In this document: positions 26,471-40,175 of the stretch, piece by piece | How positions within the stretch are numbered: the first letter of the stretch is position 1 | How the letters are laid out: the number at the start of each line of letters is the position of its first letter | Source of the DNA: Paecilomyces variotii | Lineage: Eukaryota | DNA: 64,000 nucleotides | Strand: one strand, 5' to 3' | Assembly (NCBI GenBank): GCA_004022145.1 | Contig: RCNU01000003.1 | Notes under the pieces: model-generated | What the model was told of the DNA's origin: nothing | Seen by the model: the letters and a program-made list of their open reading frames with translations, nothing else | Database searches by the model: none | Program-made: the position numbers and the translations under genes

Positions 26471-27172
26471 TCATGCACTGTGGACGTCCGATCTGTTTAT
26501 CACGCGTTCAGTTGTCAACATGGTGTCGTTTTTATTAATGTTCGTGGTTGTCCCGTGTCCTGGGGAAGGATTGGACTTCTATGGGGAAGCCAGATGGGGT
26601 TCCTTCACACTCGTTGAACACTTCAAAGATAATATTTGATCCTCGATTTCTTTTTCAATTTTTGCTCTCATTATTTCGCCTTTCTCGCAGGATATGGGAT
26701 GTGGTTTGCGCCGAGTATACCTTCTATTGGCATTTGGATATACAGGTTAATTGCATTCAAGGGACCGGTTCCTTGCGCTTGAAAGCCTCGTTCCTTATTT
26801 CTGTGGTATGGAGTTCGGAATATACCGTAGAAAGGTTGTATGGAACTTCTGTGCTGGGTATGCCACTTTGCCGCTGTTCCATGGTATCGAAATGCTTTGA
26901 TATACTTGTATCAGGCCGTTCTTGCATGTACTGACCTGTGGCAGAATATCATATGTCCGAAGCTTCCCTTGTTCGAGCTAGGGAGCCATCCAAAGCTCTG
27001 GACATCAAATCATTGACGTCTGGGGAAGAACTGGGCGGGTCCCGCTGATGAACAGCTGGAGATATCTGTAAGAGCAGCACATATAAAGTAAAGAAGCAGT
27101 CTCTGAGAGTCGTTCGCGAATCTTTGCAGTCAGACGTCGACGTTTTATTGAGGCAAGGAAACCAGGTTCAAC

Positions 27173-30100
27173 ATGGACGGAGAAGTGAGCTGTTGCGCTG
27201 CTGGGAGCATCGAGGCTTCGGGAGACGTCGTTCGAGACAATCCACTGGGCTTCCATGCCTACTCCCTCTACTCCCCATACTCTCCTTGTCTCTCTTTGTC
27301 ACCCACAGAAGCACCATCGGAGCTATATTGTTTCTCGCACGTACATAAGTCGACGCCTCCATCTCCTGTACATGGTACTCAGTGGTCCTCAGGCTACTCT
27401 GGGTCTTTGTCCCTTCACGAGTACCGGAAGAATCTCTCTCAACAGGACAACACTGCTATTCCAGATACATCCAGGGGAAGGACGTTGAAGAGGAAAGCAG
27501 GGGTCTTGAATCTCAACCAGACAAGAGCCTGGACTGATTTTTCTTTGTCGTCTTCTCCCATTTCTCCCATTTCTTCAGCTCCATCGAGTCCGCCTCCTTT
27601 ATCATTTTCTCAGTCTCTCGTGAGTGTCATCTCGCACAATAGTGACAAAGATATTGCAAATATCTTTCCCACATTCTGTAAGGAATACCTTTTACTACAT
27701 TCAAAGAAGACACAAGTCTCATTTGTGCAGCTCCATCATCCTTTTCCAATTCCCGTGACCTGAGCCTGGCCTCTAACAGAAGCGCGACGCGTCGAAATCA
27801 AAACACAGAGACACAGGTGAGTTTTAAGACTGTTACTCAACCAGATTATCACCTTACTCTTTTGACAGCGTGCTCACTTGTCTTCTCTGATTCTCAACTG
27901 AACAATGCACAGATCAGCTTCCGGGATCGTCTAGAGAGGACCCTACTCGCGCAAGAGATCCCTTGTTTCTCTCACAGGAAGTCTGTCTCTGATTCTATAG
28001 TCCTCGACCTCAAGAAAGCAGACCTCACAATACTTCACGAAGGCACTGCATTTGAAATCTTGAATCCTCGGGACTCTTTCCGTCTTTCTCGAATTGTATC
28101 AACCCCTGAAACCAAACGTGAATCTTTTGGTTCAGGCGAAGACAAGACAACATCAGGGCTGATCGAGGACGCAAGGAGCACTATGTCGCCTGATAGGACG
28201 CCTTCTAGGCGCCCTGGCGACATGACTTCTGAAAACTCACAACGACGGGCTACACCAATGAGGTCATTGTTCGATGATTTGCCCACAGCATATTCACAGA
28301 TCACTGGCGATCACAACCTCATGATGGCAACTCGTTCATCTAGTACAGACTTCAGAAGCTCCTTGATGAATCCTCTTGCAGACAGGGATCGAGTACCAGG
28401 CTCAGGGACCTCAGGTCACCACTCCGCCAACGACCAGTGTGACCAACAGATAGAGAAGACTGGGTCTGTTTCCAATGCCAATGAGCAAAGGAGTATCCTC
28501 CGCCAGCTTAGCAACGGTTCCTCAGCAAGCGCCAAAAGTGTGGTAGGTGGCTTTGCTAGGCCCCTACTTCGGAGACCAAAGAGAGCTCGAGCTGCCAAAG
28601 ATAGACTGTCCAACTTTTTGTTTCCCAGATCCAAAGTCGATCACGAAGGAAGTAACGGAAAACGACTGAGCAGGTCAACTTCAGATAATTCTCTGTTTTC
28701 AGGCTCGCAAGAACAAATTGATCAGCAGGACATGGGTGAGCCTATTCACATGGGTGCATTTTCGGAATCCACGTCTTCGTTGAACCTTTGCCAACCAAAC
28801 TACCATAGCGCGCGAGGCAGGATTGATAAATCTAGTACCATCAACGACATTGTGCACCAGAGGCCCAGGAGAGGGTCTATAAGTAAATTTCGAGAAAGGC
28901 CAGTCACTTCGTGGCCTGACCCTTTTCGTCACACCCGCAGAACGTCATCACCTGCGCCTTTTCACGAATCTCGCGAATCTTCTTGTCAGCACGGCGTACC
29001 ACATGATGAAAACTCTCAGGAAACTGATATTGGACAAGGAGCCCATCTTAGTCTTGTCGGTGATGAACCAGCGGCTCCTCTTCCTTCAATCTGTGGACGT
29101 TTAGAATCTCAAGACAATGTCAAGCAGACGGAGAATGACAATCCAGACGTTGCTATTCCAGCTGAACACGAAAAAACCACAGAACGTGTGGTTTCCAATG
29201 CCAATGAAGAGCAACTTAGCGAACAGCTAGCTGCTGTCGAGCTCGATACTTGGCCGTCTCACCCATTTACTGCAGCTCCCCACGGGAGTGGCACGTTTAT
29301 TCCGTACACAAGCTCAACCGGAATCCTTGGAGGGTATATGCCCCGGCAGCCCAAAGGTGCCTCGGGATATAATAGAGGCCCTAACAGTACAGTAAGTGCG
29401 AGACAAGCAGTCCCCTTCAGCGAAGATCAGAATGCAAACACAGAGACACGTGAAGAAGGTTTCAGCCCTGGCGAACATAAAGAGACACTTCAGTCGGCGG
29501 ACGATCCACCGCGTTTCTACCCCTACAGAAGTCAGTCAGCTGTGAATTATTCAGAAATCAACGAATGTGGTACCTTCGGAGCCTCGCAGAGCCAGATACA
29601 AGATCTGGGACCAGGATCAAGTCAAAGCTCATCCAGTCAGCAGTTAAGTGAGAGTTTGATATCTCCCCTTCTAAGGCCTCATTTAAGGTTATTCTCCGGA
29701 CTGCGGGATCTCAGAAGTCGGAGTATTTCTCACGGAGGTCTCTCTAATAACTATTCTAGACTTGGACAACGGCGAGGTCGTTATGTCTCCTCGTCAAGAG
29801 AAAGTGAGATGCAGGATGATGAGCAGGACTGGGAGACAATCCCAGAAAGTGATCAGTTCAGCAGAGACACGTTTGACACGTTTGTCGGACAGGGCGCTCA
29901 TCGCTCTGGATACGCAGACCCGTACACATCCCGACTGGGACAGGCAATGACAGGAAGCAGCTTGGCTGACTACTCCAGTTACGGCAGTTTGGCACAGGAG
30001 GAGACTTCTAGCTGGACTCCCTTTGACCTCCCTTCTTCACCACCTCTCCCACAGGCGTCGCCTTTCTTTCATTCTCAGCGTGCGGGTCCAACAAACACGC

Positions 30101-31608
30101 ACCACCCTGACCATCAATCTGATATGGAGTGTTCTGCTTCCTCTTCTGATCGTCACTTCCAGAATACAAACCTTCTCATGAGCCATATCCCTCCTCTTCC
30201 TGCTACCACGAGCTACCTTGCGGGTCCTCCTCGTCCTCATTCAGCGAGGGCTTACCGGCACCCAACCCCTCTTGGGGATTCTCATACGAATCCCTTCTGC
30301 TCCTCTCCACCGACAATCCCCAGAGGAGCGGATGTCTGTCCGGGCAGGCTTAATCTAGCCTCCGGACAGGCATCCAGAGTGGGCGGGACAAGTTACAGTA
30401 AGTTCAGCTTTCTTGACCAGAGCCATATCACGGAAGAAGACACGGATTTGCGATCGGATGTTCACACCCTTGGAAATGTTTCTACCCACAGTGATGAAGG
30501 ACCGCCTCCTTTGCGAACCCCTTCGCCTGAGATACCCTCTCTTCATAGGACCCTCTCCGCTTCTTCGGGCTGGGTGACTATACAGTCCACTCATGAGAGC
30601 CCCGCTGCATCTGATATGCTATACAGACATCAGATTCTCACACAGACTTCTAGGTCCCGCCCAGGGCGTGTTGGACACGTCGAGGGCCCTCCTTCCTGTG
30701 GAAGGAGGGTAACCGACTCAGCCAACGACGTCGGAAACGCTGCCCCGGGAGCGTCGCCGAAACAAGCGGCTGCTCAGTCGTCCTCTACAGAACGACTGAT
30801 TATCGGTTCATCGGACGAGCCGACACTGGTGAGGTCGACCCCTGGCTCTATCTATCAATCAATTAGATCCAGGGGTCAGAAAGGCCAGAGTCAGCGGCGC
30901 AGCTCAAATGATATTGAGCTACAAGAGTGGTCACAACGGTCACTTGGAAGCAGGAATCTGGAAGCGACGCATGGAAAGGGGAAAGACGCAGACATGGCAA
31001 CGACTTTCTCTAAGCCGTCTCTTAAGCGTGGGCCTTCTACTGCTGCACTCTTAGCAACCAGAACGACGTTCAAATCATCTTCTGCAACTTCTACCCGTCG
31101 AACAAAGAGATACCGAACAGATGCTGAGGTACGGGAGCGACTCCGGGTTATGGACAATATTTCTGCCTCAGATATCGCCAGACCTCAAGCTGCGATGACA
31201 TTTTCTAGCACTAGCAGATTCACCGGAGATGAAGAAAGTGTGGGGTCGTATCTTCCCTGGTACAGGTCAACTTCCGGGAGATATGTCTTTGCTGAACCTC
31301 CTCGACTTGTACCATTGCAGTTCCGCCACTCTCAGCTATCAACAATTGCGAACATAGTCCCTCAGAAACGACTAGGGCGGAGGATCCTTGTAGGTTTGAC
31401 TTTACTCTTTCCATTGGGGTGGCCAGTGGTGGCTCTCATCGGCTTGGGCCTGTCTTGGCCGGACTGTCTGATAAGGTGGTTCTCAGGAGGAGATGTGGAG
31501 TCTTTTAACGACCGTGAAAGAATCCTGGCGAGATGGATAACTTTGGGGTACACGATTGTCCTTATAGGGGCTACAATTTCGCTATTCATGGCTCTCTTTT
31601 CAAAATAA
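27173..31608 (+). CDS. Large, mostly low-complexity/disordered hypothetical protein with two C-terminal hydrophobic helices
   Basis: Exons 27173-27677, 27731-27816 and 27913-31608 join in phase (GTAAGG..CAG, GTGAGT..CAG). Ser/Pro-rich; ends with ILVGLTLLFPLGWPVVALIGLGL and WITLGYTIVLIGATISLFMALF. Confidence 0.75.
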
Positions 31609-32139
31609 GCCTTTTGCAATTCATGATCGTCTGTGTCTCAGATACGTACAATATGGTGATACTCGGTCTTGGCTCGTCACATACTCATTGAGCAAGGACA
31701 AGGCGTTCGGAACAAGTCAAAAAAGAGAGTCACGTTTCTTGGTGCTACAGAAGGTAGTGCTGTCTTACGCTGTCTGTCTTCGAGGGATTATGAAGGGTGA
31801 CAATTCATTCTATGAAGTTCTAAGAATATCTGGGTTTGCTTGATGTTCAGATATCATGCTGAAAGAAATTCCTGTATTGACATCTTCAGTGGGTAGAACG
31901 CTATCATTTGACGTTGGTAGTTTGGACGGGGCCTCTGGAACGATGCTATCCCAATAGCTCATGCATGTATCTTAAGATGAAAGAGCCACTAATATCCATG
32001 TCTCTCATCTTCTAATAGAGTTCACAACAGGACATGTCCAGAGCAAACAAATGTTCTTAATCTCCGCTTTTTTCCCCCGGACTCGTCATATAGCTGGTAA
32101 CTCGCGACCAAAATATGAAAAACGAAGCATGCACCATAT

Positions 32140-33959
32140 TCAAGAAGCAGCATGCTTACTTTTCCGCCTAATCACATGTCCCCATCTATAGAGCACATAT
32201 GGCACCGGCACCATCAATGCACTCAACCCTCCCAGCATTGTCAGCGTCCACTCTACACCCAGATTCGAGTACAACGGCAACGAAACAGGCATCATCACGT
32301 CCGCTATCAAATATCGAATGCAACTCGCACTATCCAGCGCCGAAGCAGCATAGATCGCATAGCTATCCATCAGGTATTCATAACAAGTAACGAAAACAAG
32401 GACAAACCCAAACCCAAAAGGAACGGAGCCAATAATCGCAGACCACGGCGAAATATCCGATCGAGTTGTATATGTCATCATCCAGAGAAAGCGAAATCGG
32501 TATAAACGGCGCACCGAACATAGCTGCGTAAAGTTGGGATTCTGGTGGCGGCACTATATTTTCTACTTGCTGATTCTCTGCATGTTCATATCCTTCCTCG
32601 CGGTTTGGGCCCTGAGAGATCTTTGCGCGTTCTTGAACCCTGCGCAAGTCCCTCGTGTAGGGTAAAACAGGACTCTGCTTCCTGGCCATGATGGTCGGGA
32701 ACTTCCTTGCTCTGCCCCTACTGCCGCTTCTTGATTATCTTTGGTCAAAGCCGTACGTATCACTGAACATGAAGGTGTAGCCATTCAGTGACGTGAAGAG
32801 GATGACGTAGGTAATAGCCAAGTACAGTGCGATGAGTATGACGATGGGTTCATAGATAGCCAAGAAGAAAGGACGATATAGCGATTCGAAAAGCTGTCTA
32901 GGAAGGGAGGTTCCCTTTTCGATCTCCGATGGAGCTTTATATCTTTCATTCCCGGTTACTTTGCGCACATGCTGAGTCTTCCATTTCCAGAGCATCAGCT
33001 TGAAGGTTTCCGGTAGGAGGAATATGACAGCCAGGAGAAGCACTCCTGCGAGAATGGTAGTCACCCAGTCAACCCATCTCCAACTGGGGCCGTATTGAGC
33101 AAGGTAACCGCCGATAGGTGGCCCTACGCCGTTGCCAACGAATGAGAGAATGGAGAAGACTGGAAAAAAGTATATATTTTCCTTTGGACTCCAAAGATCC
33201 GTCAGACTGCCACCGGCGCAGACCAGGGGAGTCGAGCCGAAGAAACCGGCGAAGAATCGGAAGGTGAGTTGTGCTCCCAAGTTGGGAGAAAGAGCCGTCG
33301 CCATGGATGAAAGCGTAAATAATATCATTGAAATCACATAGACGGGGCTGCGGCCAACAGTTTCAGAAAATGGACCAGTTACCAATGAACCAGCTGCGTA
33401 GCCAAAGAGGTATGTGGCTATATTCATAGGTAAGAGGAGGATATGTTAGCCTTCATGTCTTCAACATGGAAAGAGAAGAGTTAATTTGACGAACATATAG
33501 CTAATGATTCCGCCAGCTTGCTCACACCGAACTCCGCAGTGATCTGCGTTGATGCTTCGCAGTCTATAGCTCTTGAGAATCCCACAAGACCAGCAATGGA
33601 TGATACAATCAGGCTCGATATTATCCGTATGCCCAACCGCCAGTTGCGTGCGTCCATCGGGTCATTATCGCCTTCGCCATCCACAAGAAACACTGTCCCG
33701 TGCGTGGAATCATCGTGTACGTATATCCAAGGAAGTGAAACCGGCGCCTTGTTATCTCTGCTCGATGATGTGGACGAGAAACCCGAGTCTGCTGGAGAAT
33801 TAAACTTCTCCAAATCTAATAAATAGTCAGATATGAATGCACTCAATGTTTGAGATAGAAAGAACCATACTCTGAAGACTTTCCTTTTCCGTGTGGATCT
33901 GACCGGAGTTGGTTGTTGATTTGTCTCCCTATACGCCGATATTGTAAATAAGGTAGCAT
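32140..33959 (-). pseudogene. DHA1-type MFS multidrug transporter pseudogene (internal 80-bp inversion plus frameshifts)
   Basis: MFS motifs DPMDARNW, GPFSETVGRSPVY, GGSLTDLW, WRWVDW, PPESQL and YLMDSYAIYAASAL are spread over broken frames. 32661-32740 is inverted; frameshift near 32484-32490; probable lesion near 33840-33870 after the start MLPYLQYRRIG. Confidence 0.85.
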
Positions 33960-34902
33960 TATAGATCCTGGAGGTGAGATATCAGCAAATAGAAATGAGA
34001 ATGCGCGTATAAGGAAATCTAAATTGATATAGGCAATAATTAATTTCGAGCTTAAAATTCCTATAATAATTTATATCGTATTCCAGCTATGAATAAGATA
34101 CTGATCATTATAGGCTATATTCAATGATAGCTACTTCGTCATCAATATCATACAGAGCCATCCAGTACGTGTCAAGGATAGTAGCAACACGCAGATCTTC
34201 ATCTGGATCATGTGGATACAAGCATATAATAATTTCCAGGCACGGACAACAGATCTGTACTACAGAGATAGTACTGGAGGGGGATTCATCGGCTCAATTT
34301 ACCTTATGAGATGATGTCTAATGCCAGTAAGCAACATTGCTAGGTTAGTGTGAACATAATGACAATATCAGCAATAACAACATTCCGGAGATTCCCCAAG
34401 GCGATCTGGGGGGTCACATACAAGGTCAGCGGCCAGCCTCACCTTGTCGACAGCTGATGAAATCGGGACATGGGCCATAAACAACCGGTAAAGTGGATAT
34501 CTGTATAGTAATATGATATCATTAGTTGAGATCTATCTGCCAAGAGGACATGAGCATTGCAGTCGTGCTCTACCATAGACAGCTGAGAAGCGTTGCAATG
34601 CTTTTTGGAAGCATTAACCGTTTTGCTCGACAAGATATCGCGTCTCTACTATTTTTAACAATCTATTGATGTCATAAGTCGAGTCATTTAAAATATCCTC
34701 TAGTGAGCGGAGTGTCCCCATCTAGTCTTACTCCGGTTTTATGTCTGGTCTCCAAGTGCTAATGAATTGTCCATGAATGATGTATCGCGCTTGAAATGGG
34801 CAGTTTGACGGATTCCTTTGGAACTTGAGGGGCCATTCCATATTCAGACCCAGATTTCAACTCCCAACGACCTCGAACCGGTGCAGACAGTAAACTTTTC
34901 TG

Positions 34903-35815
34903 CTATACCCTGTGAAGGACATATATCCAATGAAAGACCTGCGGCGTATAAGCCGAAGAAGCAGTCTCTCCCGCTGGTGCCTGCAGCGGCGTACGCGAAA
35001 CAACATTCCAATGCTCCGCTAGATACGGAAAGTTATCAAAGCGTATCGTGGAATATGACAGCGCAATCCACGTCGTCCCCCTTTGCGTCAAAGGCACAAG
35101 ATGCAATGCCAGGAGCTCAACCGGAGAGAGCTCAACCTCGCTGATTTCCTTCAGATCCAGAATCTGCCGCACCGTGGGGCATACTTTCGACTGATCATCA
35201 GCGCTGGATGAAGTAAATACTTCCTCCGCGCCTGTCGCAATGGCGTCGCTAGTGCTCTTGTCTAAAATAATCTCGAAAGGAGAAAATTCCCTCAGAGCAG
35301 AGGATAGATCACTCCAAGAGCGCAGATCGGCTTGAACCCAATGCATGGCGTGAGCTGCATCTTTGCCGGATTCGAACTCCTGTCCGAGACGAACGGCTTC
35401 AGAAGAGAAATCGACATTCTTATAACAGAAGTTAGAGAATGATGTTTTCTTGTTTCCTGTTGCTCTGCGGGGAAGGATTCAATTTGAATCTTGGCTAAAA
35501 GAAGAAACTTACGACAATGCCGTCGCCTCTCCATCCACGTTCCACAAACTTATCGCGCAGTTTAGATCCTAATTTCGAGACTCCCGGTCCCAGATGCAAA
35601 ATCTGGGGTCGTCTTTGTTCTCCTGATCCCGACTCGATGGGCTGGCGCTTCTCCAGGTCGGACAAGACGGTCTCAATCAGAGCCTCGCCCGAATTCAACC
35701 ATTCGCCGACATCCTGGCCGGTCGCGAATCTGATATCCCAGAACGCGGGGTCGTCGTAATCCGGGGCACCCTTGATTTTCTTGTTTGCTGCTCTCCTGGT
35801 CGAGGCACTGGCCAT
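34903..35815 (-). CDS. Class I SAM-dependent methyltransferase (METTL13/EEF1AKMT4-like)
   Basis: Exon 35815-35513, intron 35512-35419 (GTAAGT...AAG), exon 35418-34903. Motifs PDYDDPAFWD..F, EWL, ILHLGPGVSKL, NVDFS, WVQADL and ILDKSTSDAI. Confidence 0.8.
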
Positions 35816-36171
35816 ACTACTACGTACTAGCAATTACTGGTCGCGGAAATAGTGAGGGCGCACATTTGCTTTTTTTTTTTCGGGTATAGAAATTGATATA
35901 GATCACGTGCCCTTCATAGGGCCTGGTATAACATACAGCAGAATGATAGTTGCAGATGACAAGCAACTCGATACAGATTGCTTCACCAAAAAGACATTAC
36001 CATAGCTAGTTAATCCTCAGACAGGGTATCCGACCAAATATGTAGGGCTATTGTACACATCCCAAACCGTACGCCGCAAGGACAAATGAACAAAATAGCC
36101 AACCCAACAACAATAATGGTAATAATACAGAATGTAAGTAGAAAATATTGAGTGACTTGAGTCATAATATT

Positions 36172-37158
36172 TCATGACTCAGACGCAAATGATTCCAAAG
36201 CTGCACAGACAACACTCTTTCTTCTTAGTTCCTGATCGCTTTTTTGCCGGAGGTCGCGGCCAGCAACCTGATAGTGGCCCTTGTCGATCCGGTGAGACAA
36301 AGTACTGCCCGGGATGGCAGCACTCCTTCTCCTTCCTTTGGCGTCAGCGCCCGAGCGATCACAAGAGGAGCCCAAGACACTCTCTCTGCGGAAACGGTTC
36401 CTTCCAAAGGCGCTTCCACGACGCCCTGGCGGAGACAGCGGTGGAAGAGAACTGGGGTGACAATCCTCACCCAGCGATTCGAGATGTCGCCGTTCCTCCT
36501 CCGCGAGCAGAGCCAGTTTGATGGCATCCACACCGCTCATAGCGTTGCACTGCAAACGAGAGATCCGCTGCCGCTGCAAGCGAACGTGCAAGTGGCCGTC
36601 TCCCATGCCTTTCTCCACATCTGAAGATGACTCAATGTTGGTGTCTGAGGGCAGATATTCGCATGGGACTGAAGTGGGGCTGAGGAAAGGAGAATGAGGG
36701 CTCGGGTAAGAAAAAGATGCCAGTGAAGACGTCTCGTCGTATCCCTCATCGTCGTGATCAGTGTCCGGAGGCGTCAGAACGTAACCTGCGTACTTGGCTG
36801 ACCCTGGACCCTCTGACCCAAAGGTAGAACTCGAGGGTGATACGGCATGGTCTTCGCTCTGTTCCTGCCCATCGTTGTGTGCCAATGTGTGCGCATGCAG
36901 TTTCTGAGTCAGTGTCGTGATCGATAGACGACGCTTCGAGTCGTATGGGTTTGAGGTTGGCGGTAGAGGACGAAAGTGTGAGGATTTATGGCGCGACAGC
37001 GGTCTGGGGACGCGATAGAAAGTCGGTGGTGACGGGCAGCGCGACGACAGCGGGGAAACCATGCTATCACAGTCGGTCATGTTCCTGTCCTCCGTGTCGA
37101 TGGCGAGGCACAGAGACCCGTTGGACGACGGGGAAGAGAAGGAGAAGTCTTCGAACAT
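36172..37158 (-). CDS. Hypothetical Ser/Pro-rich protein
   Basis: Single long ORF from the first ATG (MFEDFSFSSPS...) to a stop at 36172. No recognised domain. Confidence 0.7.
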   Translation of the reverse strand: MFEDFSFSSPSSNGSLCLAIDTEDRNMTDCDSMVSPLSSRCPSPPTFYRVPRPLSRHKSSHFRPLPPTSNPYDSKRRLSITTLTQKLHAHTLAHNDGQEQSEDHAVSPSSSTFGSEGPGSAKYAGYVLTPPDTDHDDEGYDETSSLASFSYPSPHSPFLSPTSVPCEYLPSDTNIESSSDVEKGMGDGHLHVRLQRQRISRLQCNAMSGVDAIKLALLAEEERRHLESLGEDCHPSSLPPLSPPGRRGSAFGRNRFRRESVLGSSCDRSGADAKGRRRSAAIPGSTLSHRIDKGHYQVAGRDLRQKSDQELRRKSVVCAALESFASES

Positions 37159-40100
37159 GGTGAAGAGGCTGGTATGCTCAACTCGATGGAACTTGTTGAA
37201 GTGAAGACGATGGTCAATGAGACAACGGGCAGCTCTATAGTCGTGGCTCTTATCTCGTCGTCGATCCGTTATCTTCCTGGAAGATTGAATGCCTTGAACA
37301 GAAACTGCACCACTGTCTTTGTCGCGGACAATTGACTGATGCCTAGATGACAGAAGGGATGATGCTGAGCGATAAGTATAGTCCCGCGGATCCAGAGACA
37401 GTCGCCAGTACCACAACGGCCACTTGCAGTCAATATAGTCGAGACGGGTGGGAGGACAGTGAAAAAGAGCGTCTGGCACGAACTTCGACAGAGATTTTCA
37501 AGTGACGAGCATAGTGGCGCGAGGATTGAATAAAAAGATGAAGGATGGTGGTTCACTCGGCCTTCCCCCGGGAACTGACTAAGCGGTCGCTCCTTTTAAC
37601 TAACTAACTTAACTTATGCCGCCACTGTGTGCATCGTCTCTCCGGACAGCAACTTTTTCAAGTCTTTCCTCTTCCACATCGAAGAAAGGAAGGTTTACGC
37701 AGGATCCTTAACATATCGCTACTGCAGCGCGCGCCTTGATCCGGCACCAACTCTTGTAGCCCTTGATTGGCGTCGACTTAGCGGCGAACAAGCCCCTGCA
37801 GGAAGACCCTCCGCAACGCCTTCTCCTTGGTCTTGATCACTTGGAACGATGCCCCAGTGGGAGCAACGGCACGGAGTAACCTTGTCTGAATCGTGCTTTC
37901 TCCGCAGCTGGGACAAAGACGAAATTTGGCCATCCTCTTTTTTAACGGTCATTGCCGGGAACTGAGCCGAGAGCATCCCTAGCTTCTTTGTCCGGTCGCT
38001 TCAACAGGTCCTCTCCGGCGTCTTGGCCTGGTCTGAACCCTTCACGGAGTGGTAACTAATCATCGACAAGTGCTAACTACAATGCGAAGTACTAAACCAT
38101 ACTAAGTGAACGGACTTCCTCTCCTTTATGATCAACTAAGAGATTTCTGCGGATTCGGAACGTCCAAGGGGTGGCTGTCCTGCCGGCGTGCCCAGGGATG
38201 GATTTGACCGTCGAAAAGAAGCAAGTCTAGAATTCACGAACCACGGCGGCAAAAGACTATCGATTTGGTGCGCTGCCTCGTGGACCAATAATACGCCATA
38301 GATGAGTCGCCAGTCTAGATCCAAACCACTGGATCATGCTGGAGGAACCGCTCCAAGACTTTTGCAACGCCCAATAAAGACATCCACATGGCCTCTGGTA
38401 AGGCTGTTCAGGCAACTCGAAGATCTCTTCGTGGTAACCTTTTTACCCGAATAATACAACCGTCGCCGCCAGCCGGTCCACTGGGGGTTGATGATGTTGC
38501 ATCCCAACAGAACTCGTTCGTAGAGTACGGAGTACTGATCGGAATGTTCGGCGTAGGTTCTCCTGGATTCCGATTTCTCCGCAGAACAGATCCATATCCC
38601 AACGTCGAACTAACCGTACTTAAGCCTAGTGGCCTCCTATTATTTCATTTACTGTGCGGCAAGGCTGAGGCGCTTCTTGGCGTCTATGCCACGCGGCAGC
38701 CACGTTGAACTTTGAAGCTGGTCGAGACGGAAGACCCATCCATGGCACTGCGATCGACCGCGTTAAATTATTATTATCTCCTATTTACGACGTTTCGGGC
38801 AATACTAATCTCCACTTCGGATTATGGTAGATTCAGGGTTATCAAACCGGACAGTGATAATAATAATGATGATTCTTCAAACAAGCCGCATCAAGCGACG
38901 GCCGAGGCTGAGAATGGGACATTTTACTGCCAGTGTGACCTGTCACCAATTATTGTCTTATCCCGGGTACACTTAAAAGACCCTCTTATGGATTACTGAC
39001 CATATAGACCGTGAACACAGCGCAAGCCTTAGTTAGTCTTGTCTATTATATCACTGCGACACCGGCTGTATTAGAATTCGGTTGACAGGTCATTGTCTCT
39101 ATACCGAGTTACTCATGGCAACAATCTCCTATCTTATGCGAGATACGCTGACGTAGTAGTAGTACGTAGCTATTTCGGGTACATCAGACATGCTTCAATC
39201 GGCATCAGATTCTGGTCGTCTTCCCGAATGGAGTTGTACATATCGTTCCCTGTCTCCGGCTGCTATTATTATTGAGGTTGTTGACTGCGAAAACTCCGGA
39301 CTGCTTGGGGACGTTCGTTTTCTGATTAAATCCCCGCCGCTTTGCATCACCGTTGAAGCTTATCTACTACCATATTGCCTTTTATTAGCTCTCTCTGCTT
39401 GTGTTATTGAACGGATATCTGATATTATTTCTAGGAGTGGCTCCTAGGGGCTCTATGTCACTATCTAGCAAGGTCACTGTCCACTGTCACTCACTACAAT
39501 CACTCTCTGTGAACATCACTTCCCATCTAAATTGGCAGACCACGCCACAACTGAGCAAAAAAGCTCGACCAAGTCTACACATATAGCGGCACAATGCCGA
39601 CTCACAGCCTATCAGAATACAAATGGGTATCCTCACTACTCTTATATGCAATTCCAATCAAACATCAATCGGCTCGGATAATCATCCCAACCGCTGAGGA
39701 AGAAAAGCGTCTCGCCCCGACCATTATCCGATGCATCGAGGATACTCAAGGAAGCTTCCTTGAGCTTGTATCGCAAGTGACCTTAAGGCCATATCTTGCG
39801 GTGCACGCTCTTGTAAACGGCTTCCGCCCGCGCGGGGAAGGGTGCGGGCCGTATCGGAGAAAAACATGGTACAGTAGGTACACTTGTCCGTAGCGCCAAT
39901 GCATTGATATCATTCACAGTGGCTAGTCTTCACCTTGGAAGTTATGCTCTTCTCGATACGTTCCTATCCACTGGAACTCCTTACCTAGAGACATGCTGCG
40001 GATGTGTATACAATCAAGCGCGAAAACTCTCTCACGGCCCATTTTTAAGGGTTGACCACGCACCTGCTGCGTTATCTCATTCCATACCCCTAATTGAAAG

Positions 40101-40175
40101 ACTGCGGTGGCGAAGAGAGCAAGTGCCACTCGGTAGAATGAAAACTCAAAGGGCCAGAATACAGACAGGAACCCT

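Noticed and set aside
25946-26934. Cluster of short overlapping ORFs on both strands
   Set aside because: No recognisable protein features or splice structure. Better explained by a GC-rich structured non-coding element.
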